64,000 bases of DNA from an uncultured Granulicella sp. Lineage in GTDB: Bacteria > Acidobacteriota > Terriglobia > Terriglobales > Acidobacteriaceae. The first letter of the stretch is position 1; every line of letters starts with the position of its first letter. The notes below the pieces were generated by a model, which saw only the letters and a list, made by a program, of their open reading frames with translations, ran no database searches and was not told where the DNA came from. The position numbers were made by a program, and so were the translations under genes. Of the stretch, positions 18,895 to 28,482 are shown one piece after another. The stretch is from the NCBI GenBank assembly GCA_965213785.1, contig OZ243921.1, forward strand, positions 913,959 to 977,958. The letters are read 5' to 3'.

Positions 18895-21405
18895 ATGCGA
18901 GTGGTTTGGTCGCGCCATTCGGTGACGGCGGTGCATCGAACGAAGATGGATTTGGAACAGAGCTTTCGATGTAGAGGATATGCCCGCCAACGTTTCGTGG
19001 CGGGCGTTGTTTTGTTTGGGCTTGCGGTGAGCGTGGGGTGGGCGCAGACGCCGGATCCGGCGCAGCGAGGGAGCGGGGTGGGTCTTGGGCCGGTGGGCAC
19101 GCAGGCAGGTCCGGGGCAGAAGGGTGCCGGGACGGGGACAAAGCCGGCGGGGGTGGGGGCGGAGGCCGGCAAGGCGGGCGAGCAAGGGGGTGGGAGCAAG
19201 TCGGCGAGCGGGACGCCTTCGGGGTTGCCGTCCACGGCACCAGCGGCGCCTCCCGCGGGGCCGATGGGACGGCGGCGGATCGGGCTGGCGCTAGGGGGCG
19301 GTGGAGCGCTGGCGCTGACGGAGATTGGGTCGCTGGAGTGGCTGGAGGAGCACCATATTCCGGTGGACATGATCGCCGGGACGAGCATGGGGTCGCTGGT
19401 GGGTGGGCTGTATGCGACGGGGACGCCGGTGAGCGCGCTGGAAGAGGTGATGAACGACGAGGTCTTCAGCGCGGTGTTTCGGATTCAGCAGACGTATACG
19501 AGCCGGAGCTTTCGGCGGCGGGAAGACAGTCGCGATCTTCCGAATGCGTTGACGATCGGGCTGAAGCATGGGGTGTCGTTTCGCAACAGCGTGCTGACGG
19601 ATCAGGGATTGAACAGCTTTCTGGACAAGGAGTTTCTGCGCTACGACGACCAGACGGACTTCAATACGCTGCCGATTCCGTTTCGCTGCATTGCCACGGA
19701 CTTGAATGCGTCGGAGGTGGTGACGTTTGTGCGGGGGTCGCTGCCGGATGCGGTGCGGGCTTCGGTGTCGCTGCCGGGGGTGTATCGGCCGTTCGAGTTG
19801 CAGGGGCATGAGTATGTGGATGGCGGGGTGCTCGAAAACCTGCCGACGCGGACGGTGCGGGAGATGAAGGCGGATGTGGTGCTGGCGGTGAGTCTTCCGC
19901 TGGCTCCGGTGAGCGTGGGGCAGTTGGACTCGATTCTGGGTGTGGTCCAGCGGAGTTTTTCGGTGGCCATCGAGGCGAACGAGCGGGCCTCGCGGAAGCT
20001 GGCGGATGTGGTGATGATGCCGGACATCTCGGGGTATACCGCGGCGGATTACCTGAAGACGAAGGACCTGGCGCGGCGTGGGTATGAGGCGGCGGAACGG
20101 GAGAAGGCGGCGCTGCTGCCGTATGCGCTGGACGAGGCCGAGTGGGCGCAGTACGTGGCCGAGCGCAAGGCACGGCAGCGCGGGCCCGCGGCGACGCTGC
20201 TGGCGGTGAAGGTGCAGGCGCCCAACGACAGCGTGACGCGGCAGGTGGAGCGGCTGTTCGCGGCGCAGGTGAACCAGGCGGTGGATACGAAGAAGGTGGA
20301 GGGGGTGCTGGCGGATATTCGCGCGGATGGGCGGTACGACGCTGACTACACCGTTGGGTATGAGGCCAAGGGGGATCGGCGGCCGATCTTGTTGGTGACC
20401 GTGCAGGACAAGAAGACCGGGCCGCCGTTTCTGCTGCTGGGGGCGAACGTGGCGGCGCAGACTTCGGGGGTTTCGCGGGCGACGCTCGAAGGGATTCTGC
20501 TGGATCAGGACCTGGGGGGGTACGGTTCGGAGCTGCGGACGCGCGTCAAGGTTGGGTATGTGACGGAGATTGGCACGGAATACTTTCGGACCGTTCCGAA
20601 CGTGCTGGGGATCGAGCGGAAGAACGTGCTGGGGACGATGTTTGTTGCGCCACGGTTCGATTTTGCGCGGCAGCCGTTCCAGATTTACTCGGGCGGGCGG
20701 CGGATTGCGGAGAGGCTGCTGCAGACGACGGGCGGCGGAGCAGACGTGGGCTGGACGAACCAGCGGTCGGTCGAGGTGCGGGCGGGTTGGGAGGAGAACG
20801 ATATTCGCTGGCGCGAGCAGATCGGGGTCGCCGACGGGCTGCCGGATGTGGCCGGGAGCATGCAGCGGGCGCGGGTGCGGTTTGCGCTGGACACGCAGGA
20901 CAAGGGTCTGGTGCCGCAGTTTGGGCGGCGGTTGGCGATGGAGGGCGGATATCTGTACAAGGCGGCCGGGAGCGTGGATGCGCCGCGGTTCGCGACGCAA
21001 TACAGCATGGCGCACATGATCGGGAAGGAGATCTTTGTGGCGGGGGTGGACGCGGGGACGATGCTTGAGCGGAATGTCGGCCAGCCGTACCGGTTTACCC
21101 TGGGCGGGCCGCTGCATCTTTCGGCAAGCGCGACGGACGAGTATCGCGGGACGGACTACTTTCTGGTGCAGCCGGCGGTGCTGCGGCGGGTGGCGAGCCT
21201 GCCGGCGGTGCTGGGGCAGAGCATCTATGCGGGGCTGGTGTACGAGGCGGGGCAGATGCGCGCGCCGGACCAGCGGACGGTGACGCGGCAGGATGTGTTT
21301 CTTGGGCTGGTGGGGGAGACGCCGCTGGGGGTGATAACGATCGGGCCGGCGGTGGGGGATGGGGGACGGTACAAGCTGGTGTTTACGCTGGGGAAGTTGT
21401 TTTGA
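18895..21405 (+). CDS. Patatin-like phospholipase fused to POTRA/beta-barrel (PlpD, type Vd-like)
   Basis: GGGGALA, GTSMG and DGG catalytic motifs; C-terminal barrel-like strands ending FTLGKLF. Start may be 18946. Confidence 0.85.
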   Translation: MRVVWSRHSVTAVHRTKMDLEQSFRCRGYARQRFVAGVVLFGLAVSVGWAQTPDPAQRGSGVGLGPVGTQAGPGQKGAGTGTKPAGVGAEAGKAGEQGGGSKSASGTPSGLPSTAPAAPPAGPMGRRRIGLALGGGGALALTEIGSLEWLEEHHIPVDMIAGTSMGSLVGGLYATGTPVSALEEVMNDEVFSAVFRIQQTYTSRSFRRREDSRDLPNALTIGLKHGVSFRNSVLTDQGLNSFLDKEFLRYDDQTDFNTLPIPFRCIATDLNASEVVTFVRGSLPDAVRASVSLPGVYRPFELQGHEYVDGGVLENLPTRTVREMKADVVLAVSLPLAPVSVGQLDSILGVVQRSFSVAIEANERASRKLADVVMMPDISGYTAADYLKTKDLARRGYEAAEREKAALLPYALDEAEWAQYVAERKARQRGPAATLLAVKVQAPNDSVTRQVERLFAAQVNQAVDTKKVEGVLADIRADGRYDADYTVGYEAKGDRRPILLVTVQDKKTGPPFLLLGANVAAQTSGVSRATLEGILLDQDLGGYGSELRTRVKVGYVTEIGTEYFRTVPNVLGIERKNVLGTMFVAPRFDFARQPFQIYSGGRRIAERLLQTTGGGADVGWTNQRSVEVRAGWEENDIRWREQIGVADGLPDVAGSMQRARVRFALDTQDKGLVPQFGRRLAMEGGYLYKAAGSVDAPRFATQYSMAHMIGKEIFVAGVDAGTMLERNVGQPYRFTLGGPLHLSASATDEYRGTDYFLVQPAVLRRVASLPAVLGQSIYAGLVYEAGQMRAPDQRTVTRQDVFLGLVGETPLGVITIGPAVGDGGRYKLVFTLGKLF

Positions 21406-21517
21406 GGGCTGGAGCTTGATATGAACCTTTATGGTTTACGACGTAAGGGTATCCCACTCTTTGCGAGTAAGGCCTTTCTAAGAATGAATTCGCTGGTAAC
21501 ACAGTTGGGTCATGCGT

Positions 21518-22270
21518 TTATTCGAGACCCTTCTTTTCTACGGGCAGAGCTGTGCGAACAATAAAGAAATCAATGGACGGAACTCTACTAGGATTGTTAA
21601 TTTCGTTTCCGTTAGCCTTGTTGCAATCGCTTGCTGGAATGGATATCGCCGTGATACCCGTAACTCCTGGCGCATAAGTTATTTTGTTGTGTAACGCCTC
21701 AGAAAAGGTTTTGCAAGTACTATCCATCGCGGGCGGCTCATATTGCGGCGGTAAAAATTTGTACGACATTCCCTCTGCCGCTAGCTGTTCGTTGACCCAT
21801 CGCACCTCGTCAGGCTCGATAAAAGAGCTAGCGTCCAGTTTGTGATTTCGTCTGTATAGTTCAGAAAGCTGGTGTGCTGCTGCCCACTCTTTGTCCTCTT
21901 TATATATGCGCCGATGCGATTCCATCTGATCTTGGAGGGTCGGAAACCTTTTGTTCGAAGGTGGAGCGGTAGAAGGTGCTGTTGCTGGAGCCGAGGGTAT
22001 CTCGGGGGTACTTGTCTGTGAGGGTGCCGCGGACGCCGATGCAAAAACCAAGCTAGCTCCTGGCCCCCTTCTTGAGGGCATATAGCGATGGAAAATGAAA
22101 GCCCCAATCATTACGATTGCCATAGAAAGGGCTTGCAAGGTCTTGGACTTAGTAAAATTTGCGACAAGTCCCCAAGCGAACACAGACAAGCGGCTGTAGC
22201 TACGATAAGAGCCCAATTTGAAGCATTGGGTTCGTAATGCCACCCAAAGTGAGACATTTATCAAATGCAT
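21518..22270 (-). CDS. Hypothetical protein in low-GC insertion (N-terminal TM, Pro/Ser linker)
   Basis: 250-codon ORF in ~45-50% GC DNA, where long ORFs are unlikely by chance. Real start may be later (MAIVMIGAFIF). Confidence 0.55.
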   Translation of the reverse strand: MHLINVSLWVALRTQCFKLGSYRSYSRLSVFAWGLVANFTKSKTLQALSMAIVMIGAFIFHRYMPSRRGPGASLVFASASAAPSQTSTPEIPSAPATAPSTAPPSNKRFPTLQDQMESHRRIYKEDKEWAAAHQLSELYRRNHKLDASSFIEPDEVRWVNEQLAAEGMSYKFLPPQYEPPAMDSTCKTFSEALHNKITYAPGVTGITAISIPASDCNKANGNEINNPSRVPSIDFFIVRTALPVEKKGLE

Positions 22271-22464
22271 TTCATGAAATAACTAAAAGTGGAACACCCC
22301 CTAAAAGATGGACAAGCGGCCTACGAGCGAATGGCTCGTGCTGCGGGTACCACCACTCATACCGACTTCGGTCTTGCGGAGGTAATATTGTGACGGAATT
22401 CATACGCCATATTCTTCGCCTGTTCGCCTTATGCGTCAATTGGATCAACGGCAAACCAGTTTGC

Positions 22465-22585
22465 TTAGGGGGATGACAGCGAACGAAAAACAAAAGCAGC
22501 AGCAACAGCAGATTCCCTTCGGGAATGACAAACAAGATAGGCATTAGCGTCAGCAGCAGCGGATTTGGTTGGGATGACACCGGCG
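22465..22585. repeat. Cluster of REP-like (CGTC/TGTC-type) palindromic units
   Basis: GATTCCCTTCGGGAATGACA hairpin plus two degenerate units ending GGATGACA, with CAGCAG spacers. Confidence 0.55.
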
Positions 22586-22638
22586 GGTGAGTGCGATGGA
22601 GTTTCCCGAGGGTTGGATCGTCGCGCATAATGGGCGGT

Positions 22639-25452
22639 ATGTCTTCCCTTTGGAGTCCGGCCGATTGGCCGCAGCGTCTTGCCGAATTGGTGGCTGGTTC
22701 GGGTGAATTGAAGGAAGTGCCATTGCGGCGGGATGTGCGGTCGCTGGGGATGCTGCTGGGGGAGGTGCTGCGGGAGCAGGCGGGGGCGCCTGTGTTCGAG
22801 GCGGTGGAGGGGCTGCGGAAGGTGGCGATCGCGAGGCGGGAGGAGGATGCCTCGGGGGCGACGACTGAGGCGGAGGCGCATCTTGGCGAGGCGCTGGCGG
22901 AGGTTCGCGGGCTGGAGCTGGGGAAGGCGTACCAGATGGCGCGGGCGTTCGGGTTCTACTTCGAGCTGATCAACCTGGCGGAGACGAACCACCGCAAGCG
23001 GCGGCGGCTGGCGACGCAGATACAGGGCGATGGGGCGGTGCAGCGGGGGAGTCTGCGGGGGACGCTGCGGCGAATGAAGGCGGCGGGGATCGGGGCGGAG
23101 GCGGCGGTGGCGCGGTTGCGCGAGGTGTGCGTGACGCCGGTGTTTACGGCGCATCCGACGGAGGTGGCGCGGCGGTCGGTGATGTTCAAGCGGCGGCGGA
23201 TCTCGGATTTGCTGGAGGCGCTGGACCGGGTTCCGCAGGCGGAGGCGACGCTCGAGGGCCTCGAGCGGGAGGTGATGGCGGAGATTACGGCACTGTGGCA
23301 GACGGACGATGTGCGGAGCGAGCGGCCGACGGTGCGGGATGAGATTCGGATGGCGCTCGACTACTTCGAGTCGTCACTGTTCGATACGCTGCCGGTGCTG
23401 TATGCGGAGGTGGGGGCGGCGCTGGAGGCCGAGTACGGCGGGGCTCCGGCGGAGATGCCCCAGGTGGTGAGCTTTGGGTCGTGGATCGGGGGGGATCGGG
23501 ATGGAAACCCGTTTGTGACTCCGGCGGCGACGCGCGAGGCGCTGGGGATGGCGAAGGGGCTGCTGGTGGGGCACTATCGGCGGCGGCTGCAGTGGGTGTT
23601 CGAGCAACTGGGGAGTTCGACGCAGCAGGCGGGGATCTCCGAGGGCCTGAAGGCGCTGCTGGCGCGATATGGGGAGGAGATGCGGGGCTCCGGCCAGGCG
23701 GGGCTGGAGGGGCGGTTCCCGTTCGAGGCGGTGCGGCTGGCGGTGGTGTATGTGATGATGCGGCTGGGGAGCGTGCCGCATACGGCGGCGATCGGCGCGA
23801 CCGGCGTGGGGCTGAAGCCGTATGCGCGGGGCGGGGAGATGCTGGCGGACCTGGAGGTGGTGCGGGCGAGTCTGATGGAGAATCGCGGGGAGCGGCTAGC
23901 GCGGATGCTGATCGAGCCGCTGATGATGGAGGTGCGAACGTATGGGCTGCATCTGCAGACGCTCGACATCCGGCAGCACGCGCGGGTGCATGCGCAGGCG
24001 GTGAAGGAGTTGGGCGGGTGGCGGGCTCCAGTGGTGGGGGAGGCTTTGGAGGTGCCGCCGGCGCTGAGCGCGCAGACGCAGGAGGTGCTCGATACGTTCC
24101 GGGCCATTGCGGAGTTGAAGCGGGAGTATGAGCCGGAGACGATTCGGATTCATGTGATCAGCGGGGCGGCTTCGGCGGAGGATGTGCTTCAGGTCGTCTG
24201 GCTGGCGCGGCTCGGCGGGGTGCGGGTCGAGGCTGAGGGTGACGATCCGGGGCTGATGCCGGTGCCGCTGTTCGAGTCGATCGAGGACTTGCAGGCGGGG
24301 GCAGCGATCTGCCGGGAGCTTTGGTCGTCGGAGGCGTACAAGCCGCTGCTGGACTCCTGGGGACGGCGGCAGGAGGTGATGCTGGGGTACTCGGACTCGA
24401 ATAAAGACGGGGGAATGATTGCGTCGACGTGGGAGATCTACAAGGCACACCGGGCGTTACATACCGTGGCGCGGGAGTGCGGGGTGACGCTGCGGCTGTT
24501 CCATGGGCGGGGAGGGACGGTGGGGCGAGGCGGCGGGCCGACGCATCGGGCGATCTTCGCGCAGCCGATGGAGAGCTTCTCGGGCGCGATGCGGATTACC
24601 GAGCAGGGGGAGGTGCTGAACTGGAAGTACTCGGACGTAGTGCTGGCGGAGCGGAACCTGGAGCTGATGGTGGCTGCTTCGTTGGATGCGTTAGTTCGGC
24701 CGGATGCGCTGGTAGCGGAAGGTAGCCCGCGGCTGACCGGGGTGTTGCTGCCGGAGTGGGAGACGGCGCTCGATACGCTGTCGGCTGATTCCTATGCGTT
24801 CTACCGGAAGCATATTGTGGACGATCCGGAGGTGTTTACGTACTTCGAGCAGGCGACGCCGGTGTCGGAGCTGGAACATGCGCGGATCGGCTCGCGACCG
24901 GCACGGCGGACGGATGCGCAGGCGAAGCGCTCGATGGCGGACCTGCGGGCGATTCCGTGGGTGTTCGGGTGGATGCAGAGCCGGCAACTGGTCCCGGCAT
25001 GGTTCGGGGTGGGCCATGCGCTTTCGCGGTATGTCGCGCGGGCGGGGGGGCTGGAGGCGTTGCAGCGGATGGCGCGGGAGTTTCCGCTGTTTCTGGATAT
25101 GGTGCGGAACGTGGAGATGGCGCTGGCAAAGGCGGACTTCGGCATTGCGCGGCTGTATGCGTCGCTGGTGGCGGATGCGGGGCTGCGGGAGCGGGTATTC
25201 GGAATGCTGGAGGCGGAGTTTACGCGGACGCGGGAGATGGTGTTGGCGGTGACGGGGCAGCGGGCGCTGCTTGAGAATAACCGCGTGCTGGAGCACTCGA
25301 TCCGGCTGCGGAACCCGTATGTGGACCCGATGAGCCTGATCCAGGTGGAGTTGATGCGGCGGAAGCGCGGTGGGGAGGACTCGGCGGAGCTGAACCGGGC
25401 GATCACGGCGACGATCAACGGGATCAGCGCGGGGCTGCGGAATACAGGTTGA
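22639..25452 (+). CDS. ppc: Phosphoenolpyruvate carboxylase
   Basis: VFTAHPTE, WIGGDRDGNP, QEVMLGYSDSNKDGG, FHGRGGTVGRGGGP, LRAIPWVFGW and TINGISAGLRNTG. Confidence 0.98.
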   Translation: MSSLWSPADWPQRLAELVAGSGELKEVPLRRDVRSLGMLLGEVLREQAGAPVFEAVEGLRKVAIARREEDASGATTEAEAHLGEALAEVRGLELGKAYQMARAFGFYFELINLAETNHRKRRRLATQIQGDGAVQRGSLRGTLRRMKAAGIGAEAAVARLREVCVTPVFTAHPTEVARRSVMFKRRRISDLLEALDRVPQAEATLEGLEREVMAEITALWQTDDVRSERPTVRDEIRMALDYFESSLFDTLPVLYAEVGAALEAEYGGAPAEMPQVVSFGSWIGGDRDGNPFVTPAATREALGMAKGLLVGHYRRRLQWVFEQLGSSTQQAGISEGLKALLARYGEEMRGSGQAGLEGRFPFEAVRLAVVYVMMRLGSVPHTAAIGATGVGLKPYARGGEMLADLEVVRASLMENRGERLARMLIEPLMMEVRTYGLHLQTLDIRQHARVHAQAVKELGGWRAPVVGEALEVPPALSAQTQEVLDTFRAIAELKREYEPETIRIHVISGAASAEDVLQVVWLARLGGVRVEAEGDDPGLMPVPLFESIEDLQAGAAICRELWSSEAYKPLLDSWGRRQEVMLGYSDSNKDGGMIASTWEIYKAHRALHTVARECGVTLRLFHGRGGTVGRGGGPTHRAIFAQPMESFSGAMRITEQGEVLNWKYSDVVLAERNLELMVAASLDALVRPDALVAEGSPRLTGVLLPEWETALDTLSADSYAFYRKHIVDDPEVFTYFEQATPVSELEHARIGSRPARRTDAQAKRSMADLRAIPWVFGWMQSRQLVPAWFGVGHALSRYVARAGGLEALQRMAREFPLFLDMVRNVEMALAKADFGIARLYASLVADAGLRERVFGMLEAEFTRTREMVLAVTGQRALLENNRVLEHSIRLRNPYVDPMSLIQVELMRRKRGGEDSAELNRAITATINGISAGLRNTG

Positions 25453-25469
25453 CTATCGTCATCGCGAGA

Positions 25470-25809
25470 GGCTCCTCCGCCCTCATTTCCAGCGTCATGC
25501 CCGCGGGAACGTCATCGTCTTGCCGTCCTTCGAGATCTCGCGCTGCCCTTGGCAGCCTCCTGGCCCTTCACCTTCGTCGCGGTCACGCAGGTCGGGTAAT
25601 CCTCCCATCGCAGGCAAAGTCCCATTCCACCGGACCTCCGTTCGCGGAAGGCATCATGGCGCCCTGTTCCGAAATCGTGAACGTACTCCCTCGTGAAGTT
25701 GCTCTTCGCCTCGTTCACCTTCCACGTACCCTCAAGACACGGAGCAGACGTAGCGGCCCCAAAAGCCCGACAACGCGTAAAGGCTGATGCGTTGCGTCCG
25801 CGTCGGCAC
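25470..25809 (-). pseudogene. Frameshifted relic of a secreted protein of the GTWKLN..DGKDYP..SxDGKT type
   Basis: GTWKVNEAKSNF (25730-25695), WDFACDG/DYPT (25624-25590) and EISKDGKTMT (25539-25510) lie in different frames. Confidence 0.55.
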
Positions 25810-25869
25810 TAAGGTACGCTTGCCCCGTAGCGAGCCATTCAACGAAGCTCCGATTGAGGCTGTTCCCGG

Positions 25870-27174
25870 ATGCAACTCAGCGCTTTAGGCACCGATCCCT
25901 CCATCGTCCGCGCCGCGGCTCCTTCCACCCGGAAGCCGATCCACTATCCCGGCCTCGACGGCATCCGAACCCTCGCCGTCGCCGTTGTTTTCCTCTACCA
26001 CTTCATGATGCGTGTCTTCCCCTGGGGGTGGGTTGGCGTGCAACTCTTCTTCGTTCTCTCCGGTTTCCTGATCACCGGCATCCTCTTCGGCTCACAAAAT
26101 GACGAGCATCGTTTCAAAAAGTTCTACAGCAGGCGGGCACTCCGCATCTTCCCTCTCTACTATGGTCTGCTAGCCGTCTGGACCGTCATCACCAAGGCTA
26201 CGCACGGGACGTTTCCAGGCCACTTCTGGCTCTGGTGGGTCTACGTGCAAAACTTCTTCTACCTCCTTTCCGGCTCATCCCCCAACGAGCTCATGCAAAC
26301 CGGAGGCGGACACGCTATCGCCGCCATCGGTCATCTCTGGAGCCTCGCCGTCGAAGAGCAGTTCTACTTCATTTGGCCGCTCGTCGTCTTTCTCGTGAAA
26401 GACCGGCGTCGACTGATGCAACTCTGCTGCCTCGGCATCCTGCTTCGTCTCGGCCTAGCTGCCTACTGGCAGACCCATCTCTCTCCCGCGACCCTCCAGC
26501 TCGGCGTCACCTACCGCATGCTGCCCACCCAGTGCGACGGCTTCCTCATGGGAGGCTTCCTCGCCCTCTGGCTTCGCGGAGAGCCGTCCCAACGCGTCCT
26601 GCGTCTCTCCGGCATCTTCGCGGCGATCTCGGTCCTCGGCTACGCGGCCCTCATCCTTGTCCTGCACCGCGTTCCCCGCCTTCTGTTCGGGCAGGACGTC
26701 TTCGACTTCAACCAGGGCTTCCAGGCCACCATCGGTATCCCCCTTGCCAATCTGGCCTCGGCCTTTCTGCTGCTCGCCACGCTTCGCCCGGCCACCTGGG
26801 CCTACCGCCTCTTTACTCTCCGGCCCATGGTTTCCCTGGGCAAGGTCAGCTACGGCCTCTACTTCTACCATCTGCCCGTCTACGTGGTCTGCGCCGCCAT
26901 GTCCGAGAGTCTCTACCTCCGTCTCGGGTCCCACGGCCGCGAGAACATCTGGCACAGCGTCCTCGCCACCCTGGTCACCGTCTTCGTCTCTTATCTGAGC
27001 TTCTACGTCTACGAACGCCCTTTCCTCCGCCTCAAGGACGCCCTCCGCTTCACCCCTATCTCTGCCCCCGCAAGCATCCCCGCCTCTCCTTCGCTCAACC
27101 CGGCGCCGGAGACGATCCCCGTTGCCTCGGTGGCCGAAGCCGTCTCACCCGGGCCCACCCTCACCTTCAAGTAA
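25870..27174 (+). CDS. Acyltransferase family 3 (OafA/YrhL-like)
   Basis: LDGIRTLA, GVQLFFVLSGFLI, RRALRIFPLYY, HLWSLAVEEQFY and LGKVSYGLYFYH. Confidence 0.92.
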   Translation: MQLSALGTDPSIVRAAAPSTRKPIHYPGLDGIRTLAVAVVFLYHFMMRVFPWGWVGVQLFFVLSGFLITGILFGSQNDEHRFKKFYSRRALRIFPLYYGLLAVWTVITKATHGTFPGHFWLWWVYVQNFFYLLSGSSPNELMQTGGGHAIAAIGHLWSLAVEEQFYFIWPLVVFLVKDRRRLMQLCCLGILLRLGLAAYWQTHLSPATLQLGVTYRMLPTQCDGFLMGGFLALWLRGEPSQRVLRLSGIFAAISVLGYAALILVLHRVPRLLFGQDVFDFNQGFQATIGIPLANLASAFLLLATLRPATWAYRLFTLRPMVSLGKVSYGLYFYHLPVYVVCAAMSESLYLRLGSHGRENIWHSVLATLVTVFVSYLSFYVYERPFLRLKDALRFTPISAPASIPASPSLNPAPETIPVASVAEAVSPGPTLTFK

Positions 27175-27213
27175 CCGTCGGCCGCCCCGCAGTATCATGG
27201 CAGTTCAACCATC

Positions 27214-28476
27214 ATGCCCTCTACCCGACGTCCCCCACGCGTTCGCCCGAGCGCTTTCTCCCGCCTCACCGCGGCCCTCACCGCCTCTCGCCGCCGCTCA
27301 CTCGAACGCCTCCAGACCTCCCGCGCCGCCCTGCGCCGCAATCGCACCCTCTTCGTCACGCTCCTCCTCGCAAGCCTCCTCACCCTCGGCCTTCTCGGCG
27401 GCCCCTTCACCAAGGCTCACCTGCAAGCCGCCGCCGTCCTCAGGCTCGTCAGTGGCCAGCCCCTCCCCCGCCCGCTCGCCGCCCTGGTCGCCGAACCCAT
27501 CCTCACCCAGGACCTCACCGTCCCCACCCCCGAAGGCCCCATCCGCGCCCGCGCCTACACTCCCACTCGCCACCCCGACGCCCCTGCCCTCATTGTCCTC
27601 CACGGTGTTCACCACCTCGGCATGGACGAGCCTCGCCTCATCGCCTTCGCCGCCGCCATGGCCTCCTGCGGCCTCCGCGTCCTCACCCCCGAGCTTCCCG
27701 GCATCAAGGATTACCACGTCGACGCCGCCACCGTCCGCGTTATCGGCGACACCACCCGCTGGTTCGCCACCCAAACCGGTGGCAGACCGGTAGGTGTCAT
27801 GGGCCTGTCGTTTTCAGGCGGCCTCGCCCTGGTGGCGGCAGACGACCCCGACTTCCGCCCAGCCTTCAAGTTCATCTTCGCCGTAGGCTCGCAGGGCTCC
27901 ATGGACCGCGTCTTCCGCTTCTACTCCACCGGCACCGACCTCCGCCCCGACGGCACCACCGAGCGCCTCCCCGCCCACGAGTACGGCCCCCTCGTCCTCG
28001 AATACGAATACCTCGAAGACTTCCTCCCAACCCCCGACATCGCCCCCATCCGCGCCGTCCTCCGCGCCCACCTCTACGAAGACAAACCCGCCGAAACCGT
28101 CGCCCTCGCCCGCCTCACTCCCGCCCAGGCCATCGAAGCCCTCCACCTCATGGACGCCACCAGCCCCGAGACGCGCGCCGCCCTCGCCCGCGCCGAAGCC
28201 CGTCACATCGCCCAGCTTGAAGGCCTCTCCCCCGGCCCGCGCCTCGCCCGCCTCACCACTCCCGTCTACCTTCTCCACGGAGCCGCCGACAACATCATCC
28301 CCTCCGCCGAAACCCTCTGGATGGCCTCAGCCCTCCAGCACGAAACCCTGCAGGCGGCCCTCGTCAGCCCGGTCCTCTCCCACCTGGACTTCGGAGCCTC
28401 CAACCCCACCCTCCTCGACCAGCTCAGCCTCATCCACTTCTTCGCCCTCATCCTCCACGCCGCCGAGCACCCCTGA
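27214..28476 (+). CDS. Alpha/beta-hydrolase-fold protein with N-terminal membrane anchor
   Basis: LHGVHHLG, GLSFSGG elbow, LLHGAADNIIP and SHLD. Confidence 0.75.
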   Translation: MPSTRRPPRVRPSAFSRLTAALTASRRRSLERLQTSRAALRRNRTLFVTLLLASLLTLGLLGGPFTKAHLQAAAVLRLVSGQPLPRPLAALVAEPILTQDLTVPTPEGPIRARAYTPTRHPDAPALIVLHGVHHLGMDEPRLIAFAAAMASCGLRVLTPELPGIKDYHVDAATVRVIGDTTRWFATQTGGRPVGVMGLSFSGGLALVAADDPDFRPAFKFIFAVGSQGSMDRVFRFYSTGTDLRPDGTTERLPAHEYGPLVLEYEYLEDFLPTPDIAPIRAVLRAHLYEDKPAETVALARLTPAQAIEALHLMDATSPETRAALARAEARHIAQLEGLSPGPRLARLTTPVYLLHGAADNIIPSAETLWMASALQHETLQAALVSPVLSHLDFGASNPTLLDQLSLIHFFALILHAAEHP

Positions 28477-28482
28477 CCGCCG

